From positions 1-56,600 of IMG/VR virus record IMGVR_UViG_3300028840_002373: a stretch of DNA of 56,600 nt, one strand, 5' to 3'. The DNA is from a virus. Its lineage: Duplodnaviria; Caudoviricetes. This document shows positions 43,974 through 54,543 of this stretch, piece by piece. A model generated the notes under the pieces. That model was given only the letters and a program-made list of their open reading frames with translations. It was not told where the DNA came from and searched no databases. Position 1 is the stretch's first letter, and each line of letters begins with the position of its first letter. A program made the translations under genes and the position numbers.

Positions 43974-45438
43974 TGCAGTAAGAGACATATTTTGGAACGC
44001 TAGTAAGTCAGAGCGTAGGCAATACGCTCTTTCTAACCCTTGTATATTTGGTGAGCAATATATAAAACCTTATATTAGATTATGGAATACTAATACAGCT
44101 AAACATCAATATTATATGTTATATGAAGCGTTAACATCTAATTCCATAATTATCCATGTACCTATTGAACATGCGAAGTCTACTTGGTTTAGCTTAGTTT
44201 TACCATTATGGTTTTTAATTAATGATCGTAATACACATGGAGCAATTATTTCAAATACTGCAACACAGGCTTATGGATTTTTAGCAGCTATTAAATGGCA
44301 TATAGAACATAATGAGAAATTGAATAATGATTTTCCAGAATTAAAACCAGATTATAAGTCAAAATGGTCTGAATCTGAGATAATGGTTATTCGTGATAAA
44401 GATAAGCAATCTAAAGATTCATCAATTGTTGCTAAAGGTACTGGTAATGCTATACTTGGTGCTAGATTCGAATGGGTTATAGCAGATGATATATGTGATT
44501 TAGATAATACAGCTAGTGAGCAACAAAGAAGTAAAACATTTAATTGGTGGAATGAAATAGTTGACTCAAGGGTAATTGATGGTGGACGTAAGATTATACT
44601 TGGTACACTACAGCATAATAAAGACCTTTTATGTGTTTTATCTGATAATTCAACATATAAATATATTAATCTTAAAGGGTTAGATAAAATTAACAATATC
44701 CCATTATGGGGTGAGAAGTGGTCAGTTAAAAGACTATTAGAAAAAAAGAAGGCAATTGGTACAGTTGCATGGAATAAAGTTATTCAAAATGATAGATCGG
44801 CTTCAAAAAATAAGCTGTTAAATGCTGATTGGCTTAATTATTATGGTGAAACTGAGAAATATAATTTTAATATTTTTTCTGAGGATGTACAATGTTATAT
44901 CGCTGTTGACCCTGCTATAGCGGATGATAAGGACACAGCAGAAAAGAAAAGATTAGATAAATTTGCTTTAACTGTTATGGGTTTTGATAAGATATCTAAA
45001 TTAATATTTTTATGGGAATATTACACAGGTTACTTAACTTTCCCAGAGCAATTAAAGATAATAGAAAAATATTATCTTAAATACCAAGAGAATGGTGGTA
45101 ATGTTAAGAGAATTGGAATAGAATTGGCAGCTTATCAAAAAGCTTTAGCACAATCTAGTTTTTTATTAGACTCACTACCTCCAATCGAGGGTGTGAAAAC
45201 TGGTGGTAAATCAAAGGCTGCTAAGATAGAAGCTTTTGGGGTTTACTCAGAAACAAAAAGATTCTATATAAAGAGAGAACATGAAGAATTTATAGATGAA
45301 TTTATTGAATATGAGGTAGGTGGAAGATCACCAAATATTCTTGATAGTTGTACTGTAGGTATAGCAATGATTAAAAATTGTGGCTCAGTATCAGATATAA
45401 GTATTTTTAAACGTCCTAAATTAAGTAATGTATGGTAA
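43876..45438 (+). CDS. Terminase large subunit
   Basis: PIEHAKST Walker A variant, GARFEWVIADD Walker B, AVDPA and ILDS nuclease motifs; start may be TTG 43900. Confidence 0.9.
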   Translation: MMKWSCWKLTQVEKKKSYPYPTEYNKLWETQTNAVRDIFWNASKSERRQYALSNPCIFGEQYIKPYIRLWNTNTAKHQYYMLYEALTSNSIIIHVPIEHAKSTWFSLVLPLWFLINDRNTHGAIISNTATQAYGFLAAIKWHIEHNEKLNNDFPELKPDYKSKWSESEIMVIRDKDKQSKDSSIVAKGTGNAILGARFEWVIADDICDLDNTASEQQRSKTFNWWNEIVDSRVIDGGRKIILGTLQHNKDLLCVLSDNSTYKYINLKGLDKINNIPLWGEKWSVKRLLEKKKAIGTVAWNKVIQNDRSASKNKLLNADWLNYYGETEKYNFNIFSEDVQCYIAVDPAIADDKDTAEKKRLDKFALTVMGFDKISKLIFLWEYYTGYLTFPEQLKIIEKYYLKYQENGGNVKRIGIELAAYQKALAQSSFLLDSLPPIEGVKTGGKSKAAKIEAFGVYSETKRFYIKREHEEFIDEFIEYEVGGRSPNILDSCTVGIAMIKNCGSVSDISIFKRPKLSNVW

Positions 45439-45680
45439 ATAAATTAATTAAAGGAGAATGTGAAATGATTGTATTTAAAACAGAAATGAAAGAATTACCT
45501 TTAAATTGTACTTCCTGTGAGTTATCAGTTGATATGTGTAAATTGCCACTTGAGATATTGAAACATAAAAATGGTAGAAGTAAGTATTGCCCATTGATTG
45601 ATACTGATAATCAAACGATTGTTAAAGATCACAGTCCTTTAAATGAGGAGTTAATTATCAATAATGAAGAAGATTCTTAA
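45432..45680 (+). CDS. Cys-rich hypothetical phage protein
   Basis: LPLNCTSC...C...RSKYCPL. Confidence 0.6.
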   Translation: MVNKLIKGECEMIVFKTEMKELPLNCTSCELSVDMCKLPLEILKHKNGRSKYCPLIDTDNQTIVKDHSPLNEELIINNEEDS

Positions 45681-45698
45681 AAAACGAGGTGTTAAATA

Positions 45699-45926
45699 AT
45701 GAATTTACAAAAAGCATTGGATATTGTTGAAACAGGAGAAAAACTATTAAAAATTGATGATATAATGGATAGTATTAAATATATTGATAAGAATAAGAAA
45801 TTACATGACATTTTAATAGAAGCTAAAAATGATATAATTCTTGAAATGTTCACATTGTATGGAAAACAATATACTAGTAATACTAAAAGTAAAGTATCAA
45901 AAAGTAAAATTTCTAAAACTAGTTAA
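45699..45926 (+). CDS. Hypothetical protein
   Basis: GAGGTG RBS. Confidence 0.55.
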   Translation: MNLQKALDIVETGEKLLKIDDIMDSIKYIDKNKKLHDILIEAKNDIILEMFTLYGKQYTSNTKSKVSKSKISKTS

Positions 45927-45935
45927 ATAAATTAT

Positions 45936-45978
45936 ATACTCCAAAGTAGTATACTCTAAAGTATAATACTCTAAAGTA
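45936..45978. repeat. Three ATACTCYAAAGTA repeats with 15-bp period
   Basis: Copies at 45936, 45951, 45966, just upstream of the portal RBS. Confidence 0.8.
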
Positions 45979-46005
45979 TATAAATTTTAAGAAAGGAGTT
46001 ACTTT

Positions 46006-47694
46006 ATGACAAGACGTAGAGAAGTAGGAACAACAGGGCGTTCTATGAGGTCTATGTATCAATATACTTTAGATACTGATGAGTATTTGTCAGCTTTAAA
46101 ACATCCAGATAATATTCCAATTTATGAACGTATGGGTAGATCGGATTCACAAATAAAAGCAATATTACTTATGTTAGAGTTACCTTTACGGTCTACACAA
46201 TGGTTTGTTAAGTCTTATGATAACTCAGATGAAGCTAAGAAAATATCTAATTACATTGAAGATTCTTTATTTGGCGATTATCCTAATGGTATACAAGGTG
46301 GTTTTGATGAATTTTTGAAAAATGTATGTACTATGTTTCAATTTGGTCATTCTGTGTTTGAGAAAGTATTTGAAGTTAAAAATAATTATCTTAAATGGAA
46401 TAAGTTTGCAGTTAGACCACAATCGACAATTTATGAATTTTTATATGATAAAGTTGGAGATATAAAAGGTATAACTCAAGAATTAGTCAATCAAGGTTAT
46501 ATACATGTTGATATTAATATAAATAAACTTCTTATATTTTCTCATGATAAACAGCAAGGTAATTTTGAGGGAATATCGGCTATAAGATCGGCTTATAAAC
46601 ATTGGTCAATTAAAGATTTTTTATATAAGATTTTAAATGTAGGTGTAGAGCGTAATTTAGTTGGAACTCCTACTTTAAAACTTCCAGAAAATTATACAGA
46701 AAATGATTTTGAATTGGCAAAAGAAATAGTTACAGACCTTAGATCATCAGAATTTGGTGGTGTGACTTTACCAGATGGTTTTGATTTAAGTATGTTTGAG
46801 GGTAAAAGGACACTTATTGACGTATTACCATATATAGAATATCAAGATCGACTTATTTCAAAATCGATATTGGCTCAATTTATGGACTTAGGTTCTTCTT
46901 CGTCTGGCTCATTTGCTCTAAGTTACGATCAATCACAAATGTTTTTATTAATGCTCGAATCCTCAGCAAAAAATATATGTAATATAATTAATTCTCATGC
47001 TATCCCTGAGTTAGTCAATCATAATTTTAATTCAAACATGTACCCTAAGTTAACATTTAAGCCTTTAAATTCTGGAAGATTAATTAATGTACTCAAGACT
47101 TTAACTGATGGTAATTTAGTTATTCCAGATACAGATTTAGAAGAATGGATAAGAGATATGCTAGATTTACCAGATAAAAAAGTAAGTGATGAAGTTTACC
47201 AAGATCAATCACAAGAAACAAAACCAAGAGATAGATCAAAACAAGAGAAGGCAGAAGATGATATAGTATCAGATGAAGAAAAGGGAACAACTGAGAATGA
47301 AAATAGAGCAAATAATACTACTTATAAAGATAGAATTAAAGATAATAAGTTAAATATGAAACTACATGAAACTGAGGATATTAAGGATATTATGTTAAAA
47401 CAATTACATGATATAAATGAAAAAGTGATAAAACTACATTACACTAAATGGTGTACTATTAAACCAAGATATAAAAAAGAATTAACTGAATGTATATATG
47501 AGTGTTTTAAAGAAGAAGAGGATTTAATTAAGTGTGATGATAGTAAATTACATATTCTATCTTCTGTAAAAGCTTCTAATGTGAGTGAAAATTTAAAAGA
47601 TAATTTTTTAATTGAATATGTTAATGAAGATTTAAATATAATCTCAAAATTTAATTTGATTATAAATAAGGTTTTATCATCTATGAATTTATGA
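46006..47694 (+). CDS. Portal protein (Mu gp29/DUF935-like) with C-terminal extension
   Basis: FGHSVFEKV, G.SAIRSAY..W..K, ISKSILAQF..LG, IPELV..NF...PKL.F. Confidence 0.9.
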   Translation: MTRRREVGTTGRSMRSMYQYTLDTDEYLSALKHPDNIPIYERMGRSDSQIKAILLMLELPLRSTQWFVKSYDNSDEAKKISNYIEDSLFGDYPNGIQGGFDEFLKNVCTMFQFGHSVFEKVFEVKNNYLKWNKFAVRPQSTIYEFLYDKVGDIKGITQELVNQGYIHVDININKLLIFSHDKQQGNFEGISAIRSAYKHWSIKDFLYKILNVGVERNLVGTPTLKLPENYTENDFELAKEIVTDLRSSEFGGVTLPDGFDLSMFEGKRTLIDVLPYIEYQDRLISKSILAQFMDLGSSSSGSFALSYDQSQMFLLMLESSAKNICNIINSHAIPELVNHNFNSNMYPKLTFKPLNSGRLINVLKTLTDGNLVIPDTDLEEWIRDMLDLPDKKVSDEVYQDQSQETKPRDRSKQEKAEDDIVSDEEKGTTENENRANNTTYKDRIKDNKLNMKLHETEDIKDIMLKQLHDINEKVIKLHYTKWCTIKPRYKKELTECIYECFKEEEDLIKCDDSKLHILSSVKASNVSENLKDNFLIEYVNEDLNIISKFNLIINKVLSSMNL

Positions 47695-47760
47695 TAATAT
47701 TATTGATATGGTATAACAAATTATACATGAAGTATAATATATACCATATCAATAATATTA
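47695..47760. other. 66-nt near-perfect inverted repeat
   Basis: 21-bp perfect arms taatattattgatatggtata plus inner attatac/gtataat stem. Confidence 0.85.
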
Positions 47761-47885
47761 ATTTTCAATAATTATTCTTCAATTCTAAATAATACTATTA
47801 AGGTATTATATGAAAGTTTCAGAATATTAAAATATAATAAATATAATAAATATAATAAATAACACTAAATAAAGGTGGTGTTAAT

Positions 47886-48191
47886 ATGAGTTTCAAAATA
47901 ATAGCTGATACATTAGGTGCAACGGTAACTAATGGTAATAAAAACGTTACTACTTCTAGTAGTGAAATTTTTGCTGCTGATTCTACAAGAAAAACATTAA
48001 TATTAACTAATAATAGTGCTTATGATGTATGGCTAGGTTTAGGTGAAGCAGCAGTTGTTGATGATGGTTTACTTTTGGCTGCTTATGGTGGTTATATTAA
48101 ATTTGATAAAGATGGTATGTATGAGGGAAAAATATATGCTATAGCAGACGGAACTAATACAAATATAGCTTATACACAGGGGGTTGTGTAA
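47886..48191 (+). CDS. Small beta-sandwich virion protein
   Basis: RKTLILTNNS..VWLG......G.LL..G...G.IYAI pattern. Confidence 0.55.
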   Translation: MSFKIIADTLGATVTNGNKNVTTSSSEIFAADSTRKTLILTNNSAYDVWLGLGEAAVVDDGLLLAAYGGYIKFDKDGMYEGKIYAIADGTNTNIAYTQGVV

Positions 48192-48192
48192 T

Positions 48193-49536
48193 ATGGAAGT
48201 TTATATACCTCCTAAGAATTTTAAAACAATAACTGTTGAAGCAATAAATGTGATAAGTAATGCTTCAAATACTTTTTATGGATATCTTTCAGGAGAAGAT
48301 TTAACAACAGGTTCTGACAATAGTGCATTTGGCAATCAAGCTTTACCAAACGTTACAGATGGAATAAAAAATGTTGCTATTGGAAAAGAAAGTTTATTTT
48401 CTAATACTGGTGGTAGTAATAATGTTGCAATTGGTTATACTGCCTTGTATAGTAATTTATCAAGCGAAAATACAGCTATTGGATATAGGTCTCTAACTGC
48501 TAATGGAAATATTAGCGGTAATACTGCGGTTGGGGCTTTTAGTGGTGAATCTAACACAACAGGTCAATATATAACAGCCATTGGGTATAAGGCTTTGCAA
48601 ACAAGCTCTACAGCAGGAAATAACACAGCAATTGGAGCATTTGCATTACAAAATAATACAGACGGTATTGGTCATGTTGCTGTAGGGAAAAGCGCACTAG
48701 CTAATAATACTGTTGGTAACTATAATACAGCAGTAGGAGAGCAAGCACTATTTACAAATGTTGACGGTATAGAAAATACAGCACTTGGATATCAAGCTTT
48801 GTTCTCAAATGAAGATGGTAACAGTAATATGGCAATAGGAAGACGTTGCATGTATACAAATGTTGGCGGTACTGCAAACGTAGCAATTGGAAGAAATGCT
48901 TTATATTACAATGTTTCTGGTAACAATAATGTAGCTATTGGATATAATTCTCTTAATGCAAATACAGGTTCTAACAATGTAGCTGTTGGAAGAAATGCTT
49001 TGAACTCCGCTGGTAATACAACAGCAAATACAGCACTAGGAACGTATACACTTGAAAGTAATTTAACTGGAAACGAAAATACAGCGTTAGGATTTTCGGT
49101 ACTACAAGCAAATACAAGTAGTTTCAACACTGCAATTGGCGCAAGTGCTTTAATTTCAAGCACTGGAACAAGTAATACCGCTGTTGGTAGGTTGTCATTG
49201 TATAGTAATACAACTGGTGCGAATAATGTATCTGTTGGAAGAGATTCGGGTAGAACAAACATAACAGGAAACCAAAATGTATTTATTGGGGATTCAGCTG
49301 GATATAATGCAAGTCAAAAAGATGATGCTACAAATAGTATTGCTATTGGATATCAAGTTTATACAACTGCTTCAAATCAAGTTATTATAGGTAATTCAAG
49401 CATTACTGAGGTTAAATTTTCAGATGGAGCGCAAGCAACATTTTCAAATGACGCTACAGATTTAGCTACAACAACAGCATTAGTAAATAAGATTAAAGAC
49501 TGGATGATTGATAATAAAACAATGGCAGCAAGTTAA
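48193..49536 (+). CDS. YadA-head-like (N.A.G..AL repeat) beta-roll fibre protein
   Basis: More than 20 NTA(I/V)G..AL..N..G repeats of about 16 aa. Confidence 0.8.
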   Translation: MEVYIPPKNFKTITVEAINVISNASNTFYGYLSGEDLTTGSDNSAFGNQALPNVTDGIKNVAIGKESLFSNTGGSNNVAIGYTALYSNLSSENTAIGYRSLTANGNISGNTAVGAFSGESNTTGQYITAIGYKALQTSSTAGNNTAIGAFALQNNTDGIGHVAVGKSALANNTVGNYNTAVGEQALFTNVDGIENTALGYQALFSNEDGNSNMAIGRRCMYTNVGGTANVAIGRNALYYNVSGNNNVAIGYNSLNANTGSNNVAVGRNALNSAGNTTANTALGTYTLESNLTGNENTALGFSVLQANTSSFNTAIGASALISSTGTSNTAVGRLSLYSNTTGANNVSVGRDSGRTNITGNQNVFIGDSAGYNASQKDDATNSIAIGYQVYTTASNQVIIGNSSITEVKFSDGAQATFSNDATDLATTTALVNKIKDWMIDNKTMAAS

Positions 49537-49544
49537 CAAAAAAA

Positions 49545-49811
49545 ATGAAGGATGGTAAAATAATGAATAGAAAAATAGTATATTTAAGTGATGAACAGAT
49601 TAATGATTTGATAAATTTAATTAATACTAGAATGATGTTAGGTGTTAATGGTAATTTAATAGGTGAAGCAAAATCTGTTATAAAAATAATTACAGAGTTA
49701 GAAATGGGATTGTTGGGTAAGAATGAAGTTAAAACAGATGAAGTTAAAACAGATGAAATTAAAAAAGATGAAATTAAAAAAGATGAAATTAAGAACAAAG
49801 GTGTTAAATAA
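49545..49811 (+). CDS. Hypothetical protein (possible fibre chaperone) with KxDE repeats
   Basis: Follows the fibre gene; 15-bp repeats at the 3' end. Confidence 0.5.
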   Translation: MKDGKIMNRKIVYLSDEQINDLINLINTRMMLGVNGNLIGEAKSVIKIITELEMGLLGKNEVKTDEVKTDEIKKDEIKKDEIKNKGVK

Positions 49812-49823
49812 GGAGGTGCTAAA

Positions 49824-51125
49824 TTGCCTTATAGTAAACATAATATACCTAATAGTATTAAAGAATTACCTAGTAAAGCTAAAGATATTTTTATAAGTGC
49901 TTTTAATAATGCATTTGGACAAAATAAAGATGAAGAACAATCAACTAAAATAGCATGGTCAGCAGTTAAAAAAGTGTTTAAGAAAGATGATGAAGGTAAT
50001 TGGATTAAAGCTTGTGAGAACTATAATTATTTAATATCTTTATCTGATAATAGTAGTGATAATAAATTAGTAGAAATCATGAGAACTGGTGAGTGGAAAC
50101 ATCCAGTATATGGAGAATTAAAGATAACTGATGAAACATTAGAGAATGTAATATGTAATTTTAATGATAAAGTTAGAGGTGTAGATATACCAATAGATTT
50201 AGAACATGAAGTTTCACAACATAAAGGTGAAGCGGCTGGATGGGTTAAGAGTTTAATTAAAAAAGGCAATAAGTTATTGGCAGAAATTGAGTGGACTAAA
50301 TTAGGTGAAGAAAAAATAAAAGATAAAATTTATAGATATTTTAGTCCTGAGTTTAAATTTAATTATCGAGATAGTGAAACAGGTAAGGTATATAAAGATG
50401 TTTTATTTGGTGGAGGGTTAACCAATAAACCTTTTATAAAACGCATGAATCCTGTAATGCTTAGTGAAAACATTAATACAGATTTTTGCGAATATATACA
50501 AATTACTAAAAAGGAGGGTAATGTAAATATGAATAAAGAGTTATATAAACTTTTAAAATTGTCTGAGACAGCAAGTGATGATGATATGATGAATACAATT
50601 AAGCAATTGATTGAAGCTGGAAATAAAGTTGCTAAATTAACTGAAGCTTTAGACAATATGACAGCAGAAAACAAAGAACTAAAGGAAAATTATGAGGAAA
50701 AAGAAGAAGAAATAAAAACAATGAGAGAAAAAGAAGAAGCAGTTAAAGAAGATAATGTAAAAATGTCTGAAAAAATCAAAGATATCGAATCACAGTTATT
50801 AAGTGCTGAGTGGGATAAGGTTTCATCTATTGCTTTATCAGAAGGAAAACTTACTCAAAAAATGTTACCTGTGTACGAAAAGAGTTTTAAAGCTAATCCA
50901 CAAGAAACTAAAGAAATGATGAAAGTCTTAGAACCGGTTGTTAATTTATCAGAAAATGGTTCATCTAAGTCAAATGATGATAAATCTAATACTGATTTAT
51001 TCAATGATGAAGTTACTAAGTATATGAGTGAAAACAAAGTTGATTATAGTCAAGCGATATTAGCAGTTGAGAAAAATAATCCTCAATTATTCAGATTATT
51101 TGATAATGAAAGGAGAGGTGTGTAA
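49824..51125 (+). CDS. ChaB-domain + Mu-like prohead protease + scaffold
   Basis: MPY...LP..A..IF..AFN.A...AWSAVKK (ChaB); IDLEH, AAGWV, EWT..G, YRYFSPEF, GLTNKPF (Mu gpI-like); coiled-coil C-terminus. Confidence 0.9.
   Translation: MPYSKHNIPNSIKELPSKAKDIFISAFNNAFGQNKDEEQSTKIAWSAVKKVFKKDDEGNWIKACENYNYLISLSDNSSDNKLVEIMRTGEWKHPVYGELKITDETLENVICNFNDKVRGVDIPIDLEHEVSQHKGEAAGWVKSLIKKGNKLLAEIEWTKLGEEKIKDKIYRYFSPEFKFNYRDSETGKVYKDVLFGGGLTNKPFIKRMNPVMLSENINTDFCEYIQITKKEGNVNMNKELYKLLKLSETASDDDMMNTIKQLIEAGNKVAKLTEALDNMTAENKELKENYEEKEEEIKTMREKEEAVKEDNVKMSEKIKDIESQLLSAEWDKVSSIALSEGKLTQKMLPVYEKSFKANPQETKEMMKVLEPVVNLSENGSSKSNDDKSNTDLFNDEVTKYMSENKVDYSQAILAVEKNNPQLFRLFDNERRGV
50529..51125 (+). CDS. Internally initiated scaffolding protein (Mu gpZ-like)
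   Basis: AAGGAGG at about 50511 before in-frame ATG 50529. Confidence 0.7.
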   Translation: MNKELYKLLKLSETASDDDMMNTIKQLIEAGNKVAKLTEALDNMTAENKELKENYEEKEEEIKTMREKEEAVKEDNVKMSEKIKDIESQLLSAEWDKVSSIALSEGKLTQKMLPVYEKSFKANPQETKEMMKVLEPVVNLSENGSSKSNDDKSNTDLFNDEVTKYMSENKVDYSQAILAVEKNNPQLFRLFDNERRGV

Positions 51126-51505
51126 TGGCTAGTGGCGAAAATGCTATTCTTTGTAAAACTTTTGAAGCAAATGGAGATTTATCTTCATCACAATATAGAT
51201 TTGTAAAACTTGAAGCTGCTGGAACTGTTGCTATTTGTGGTAATGGTGAAGTACCTATTGGTATTCTTCAAAATGACCCAGAAGATGGAGAGCAAGCAAA
51301 TGTTATGGTTATGGGTATATCTAATTTAGTTGCTCATGCAGCTATAGCAGTTAACGCTAAACTTGGTTCACAAGCTTCTGGTAGAGCTGTGACAGTATCG
51401 GCTGATACTAATACATATAATGCTGTAGCTTTAGAAGCAGCAGCAGCACAAGATGATGAAATTAAAGTATTGTTGACTGGTATTGTGAATTATATAGCTG
51501 GATAA
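51125..51505 (+). CDS. Capsid decoration/cement protein (DUF2190-like)
   Basis: Between protease and capsid genes; ALEAAAAQDDEIKVLL. Confidence 0.78.
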   Translation: MASGENAILCKTFEANGDLSSSQYRFVKLEAAGTVAICGNGEVPIGILQNDPEDGEQANVMVMGISNLVAHAAIAVNAKLGSQASGRAVTVSADTNTYNAVALEAAAAQDDEIKVLLTGIVNYIAG

Positions 51506-51534
51506 TAAATAAAATTTAAAGAGAGGTGAAATAA

Positions 51535-52467
51535 ATGAGACCTACAACTAATAGTGTACATGTTGACCAAGTTTTAACCAATTTGTCAATTAAATATAAA
51601 AATCATATGTATGTAGCGGAACAGGTTGCACCGTTAGTACCTGTTACAAATCAATCAAATAAATATTATATTTTTAATAAAGCTGACGACTTTACAGATA
51701 CAGCAGAATATAGAGCACCAGGTACAGCTTCAACTAGACATGGATTCAGAGTTTCAACAGACTCTTACATGTGTGAAGAAATTGCAGACTCTACAGTTCT
51801 TGAAGATGAAACTAGAGATAATGCAGATTCAGTATTAAGAATTGAAACAGCTAAAACTAATTTTGTAACAAACAAAGTTCTTTTAAAACTTGAAAGGGTT
51901 GTCGAAACACTTTGTATGACAACTGGTAATTGGGATAATTCAGCTACACCAAGTAATCTATGGGATGATTATGTTAACTCAGACCCTATCTCAGATATCG
52001 AAACTGGTATTGATACTGTTGAGGATAATACTGGTGCTAAAGTTAACAAGATGATTATATCTAATGATGTTTGGAAAAAATTAAAACATCATCCACAAAT
52101 TTTGGCAAGAAAACCAAACGATAGTTTTAGAGTTGCTGGTATTGAAGATTTAAAATCAATATTTGATATTGAAGAAATTTTAATTGGTAGAGCTTCATAT
52201 AACACAGCTAATCAAGGTCAAACTGCTTCATTTTCTAGAATTTGGACAGGTGATGTATGGTTAGGACATGTTACTAATACACCAGCAATGGAAGAACCAA
52301 GCGCAATCTATACTTTTGTATGGGGTAGAGAAGGTAATAAAATGCGTGGTGTAAGAAGATGGAGAGATGAAAACGTACATAGTGATATTATAGAAGCTTT
52401 TATGAATTTTGATGCAAAAGTTACTGCTTCTGATATGGGTTATGTATTAGAAGGATGTATATCTTAA
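51535..52467 (+). CDS. Major capsid protein
   Basis: VDQVLTNLSIKYKN, RAPG, SDPISDI, LKHHPQI, GYVLEG; gpE-like. Confidence 0.9.
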   Translation: MRPTTNSVHVDQVLTNLSIKYKNHMYVAEQVAPLVPVTNQSNKYYIFNKADDFTDTAEYRAPGTASTRHGFRVSTDSYMCEEIADSTVLEDETRDNADSVLRIETAKTNFVTNKVLLKLERVVETLCMTTGNWDNSATPSNLWDDYVNSDPISDIETGIDTVEDNTGAKVNKMIISNDVWKKLKHHPQILARKPNDSFRVAGIEDLKSIFDIEEILIGRASYNTANQGQTASFSRIWTGDVWLGHVTNTPAMEEPSAIYTFVWGREGNKMRGVRRWRDENVHSDIIEAFMNFDAKVTASDMGYVLEGCIS

Positions 52468-52539
52468 TTAATAATATAAGTGTCCTACCACTTATATAGT
52501 GGTAGTGTTTCCCTTATAAATTATAAGGAGGTCTATATT

Positions 52540-54051
52540 ATGGGCTTAAACGATTTTATTTATAATGGTAGAGTAGCAACATTTGATAAGGTTAATGTAA
52601 AACAAACCTTAAATGTAGGAAATCAAACAATTTATTCTAATCAAGGTAATAGTTATTTTGTTGATAGTGGCTCAGGTTCTTCAAGTAATACTGGTAAATC
52701 ATGGGCGCAAGCTTTAGCAACAATCGATCAAGCGATTAATAAATGTACTGCTAATCAAGGTGATAGAATTATTGTTGCAGAAGGTCATAGTGAATCTTAT
52801 ACAACAACAGGAGCAAAAGCAACATTTGATGTAGCTGGAATTGAGGTAATTTGTCTTGGTCAAGGTTCTGATAGATCAACATTTTCATTTGGTCACACAG
52901 GAGCAACATGGACAATCTCAGCAGCAAATGTTGTTATTCGTAATGCATTATTTGTAACTGCTGTTGATTCAGTTGTAACTTTTGGAACAATCTCAGGTGC
53001 GGATTGTGCTTTAATTGGTTGTGAATCGAGGGATGTAACTGATAAAGAGGTTGTTACTGATTTCACAGTAACTGGTGATAGATTTGTCGCATTGAATCAT
53101 TTTAAAAATGGTTATGTTAGTGGTAATGCTAATGATTGCGTATTTAGTTTAAATGGTGTAGATAATGCATTAATTCAAAATTGTATCTTTATGACTAAGG
53201 TTTTAACTGCTGTAGTTGAGTTTGTAACTGCTGCATGTTCTAATGTAGTTGTTAAAAATTGTGAATTTTATGTATCTGGTACTACTGATTTCTCAAAAAC
53301 TGTGGTAGATACAATCACAGGTTCTACATGGGAAGTTAATAGTGGATTCGATTTAGGTGCTGGAAGTAAGTTTTCTGGTGGTTCTGGTGCTGCTTTAGCT
53401 GGTGATGATGTTTCAGCAGTTAGTACAGCAGTTGCAGCAGTACAAACAGATTTAGGGAATCCAAGTGCAAGAACTAATCTTCAAACTATTGAAGCAATGC
53501 TTGGTAATCCAGATACAGCAGCACAATCCTTATGGGATTTACTTGCTGGTGCTGGTGGTATTGCTAGTTTTCCAGCAGCAGCAGCACCAGCGAATGATGT
53601 ATCTTTAGCGGAAGTAATTAGGGATATATGGGATTCTCTTAGAAATGGAACAGGCGGTTCTGAGCCAGCAACTAATTTATCAATAGTTGATGAAATTAGA
53701 AAAAATGCACTTTCTTATAATAATGCTAAGTATATTTCAGTAACAGCAGATTTAACAAGTGCTACATGGAACACAGTAGCTACTCATGAATTATTCACAG
53801 TAACAGGTCTTGTAAGAATGAGAGTTATTGCAGAAGTAGTAACAACTGGTGATGATACTAGTGGTAATACTTCAAATATTCAATTAGGTGTAGAAGATTC
53901 AACTAATGATTGGATTGCAGCAACAGAGGTTGATGATTTAACTATAACAGGTGAAGCTGCAACAGATGGTAATATTGTTTTCCATTGTTGGTATGAAGCA
54001 CTAAATAGTACTGGTGCGGTTGTAGCTGGTGATGGTTCAGCTATGGTGTAA
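52540..54051 (+). CDS. Head fibre / pectin-lyase-like beta-helix virion protein
   Basis: YFVDS...GKSWAQALATIDQAI...GDRIIV.EGH; located after the capsid gene. Confidence 0.7.
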   Translation: MGLNDFIYNGRVATFDKVNVKQTLNVGNQTIYSNQGNSYFVDSGSGSSSNTGKSWAQALATIDQAINKCTANQGDRIIVAEGHSESYTTTGAKATFDVAGIEVICLGQGSDRSTFSFGHTGATWTISAANVVIRNALFVTAVDSVVTFGTISGADCALIGCESRDVTDKEVVTDFTVTGDRFVALNHFKNGYVSGNANDCVFSLNGVDNALIQNCIFMTKVLTAVVEFVTAACSNVVVKNCEFYVSGTTDFSKTVVDTITGSTWEVNSGFDLGAGSKFSGGSGAALAGDDVSAVSTAVAAVQTDLGNPSARTNLQTIEAMLGNPDTAAQSLWDLLAGAGGIASFPAAAAPANDVSLAEVIRDIWDSLRNGTGGSEPATNLSIVDEIRKNALSYNNAKYISVTADLTSATWNTVATHELFTVTGLVRMRVIAEVVTTGDDTSGNTSNIQLGVEDSTNDWIAATEVDDLTITGEAATDGNIVFHCWYEALNSTGAVVAGDGSAMV

Positions 54052-54055
54052 TATC

Positions 54056-54529
54056 ATGAACATTCAAGATGAAATGCAGAAAACTATAGGTTTATGTGAT
54101 GAAAATAATCATGATGATGATAACATATGGGGTAAAGTTTGTAGAATTATGAGAGCATTAACTAATACATCATATTGTTATCCATCATTAGCAAATGGAA
54201 TATTACTTACTGCTAATGAATCATCATGGACACCAAGTGATTATATCGAAGTAATACCAGTTAATACGATTACTTCTGATTATAGACTACATGATATAAT
54301 TGTTGAAAATACTAGTAATGGTGGATGTTATCAACTGGATTTCTACAAGGGTACTATTGGTAATGAGGTTCATATAGGTTCTGTTAGAATAAGTGGTATA
54401 TCTGAGATAAAAGGTAATAGGGATATTAGAACTAAATGTCTTGAAGCTAATAATAGAGTTAGTTGTAAGGTGTCACATAATATTGGTGGTGAAACAATAA
54501 CAATATCATTAGGTTATCATTTGGTATAA
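54056..54529 (+). CDS. Virion-associated beta-sandwich protein (paralog of the next gene)
   Basis: YPSLAN...W....IEVIP.NTIT...AN.R.S.K....YH. Confidence 0.6.
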   Translation: MNIQDEMQKTIGLCDENNHDDDNIWGKVCRIMRALTNTSYCYPSLANGILLTANESSWTPSDYIEVIPVNTITSDYRLHDIIVENTSNGGCYQLDFYKGTIGNEVHIGSVRISGISEIKGNRDIRTKCLEANNRVSCKVSHNIGGETITISLGYHLV

Positions 54530-54543
54530 GGTGGTGGATTAAT

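Noticed and set aside
9239-51037. Many antisense ORFs in the track (e.g. 9239, 9472, 11705, 16030, 18248, 23968, 33474, 34580, 43511, 44352, 48906, 50363)
   Set aside because: They overlap well-supported genes on the opposite strand and have shadow-like composition
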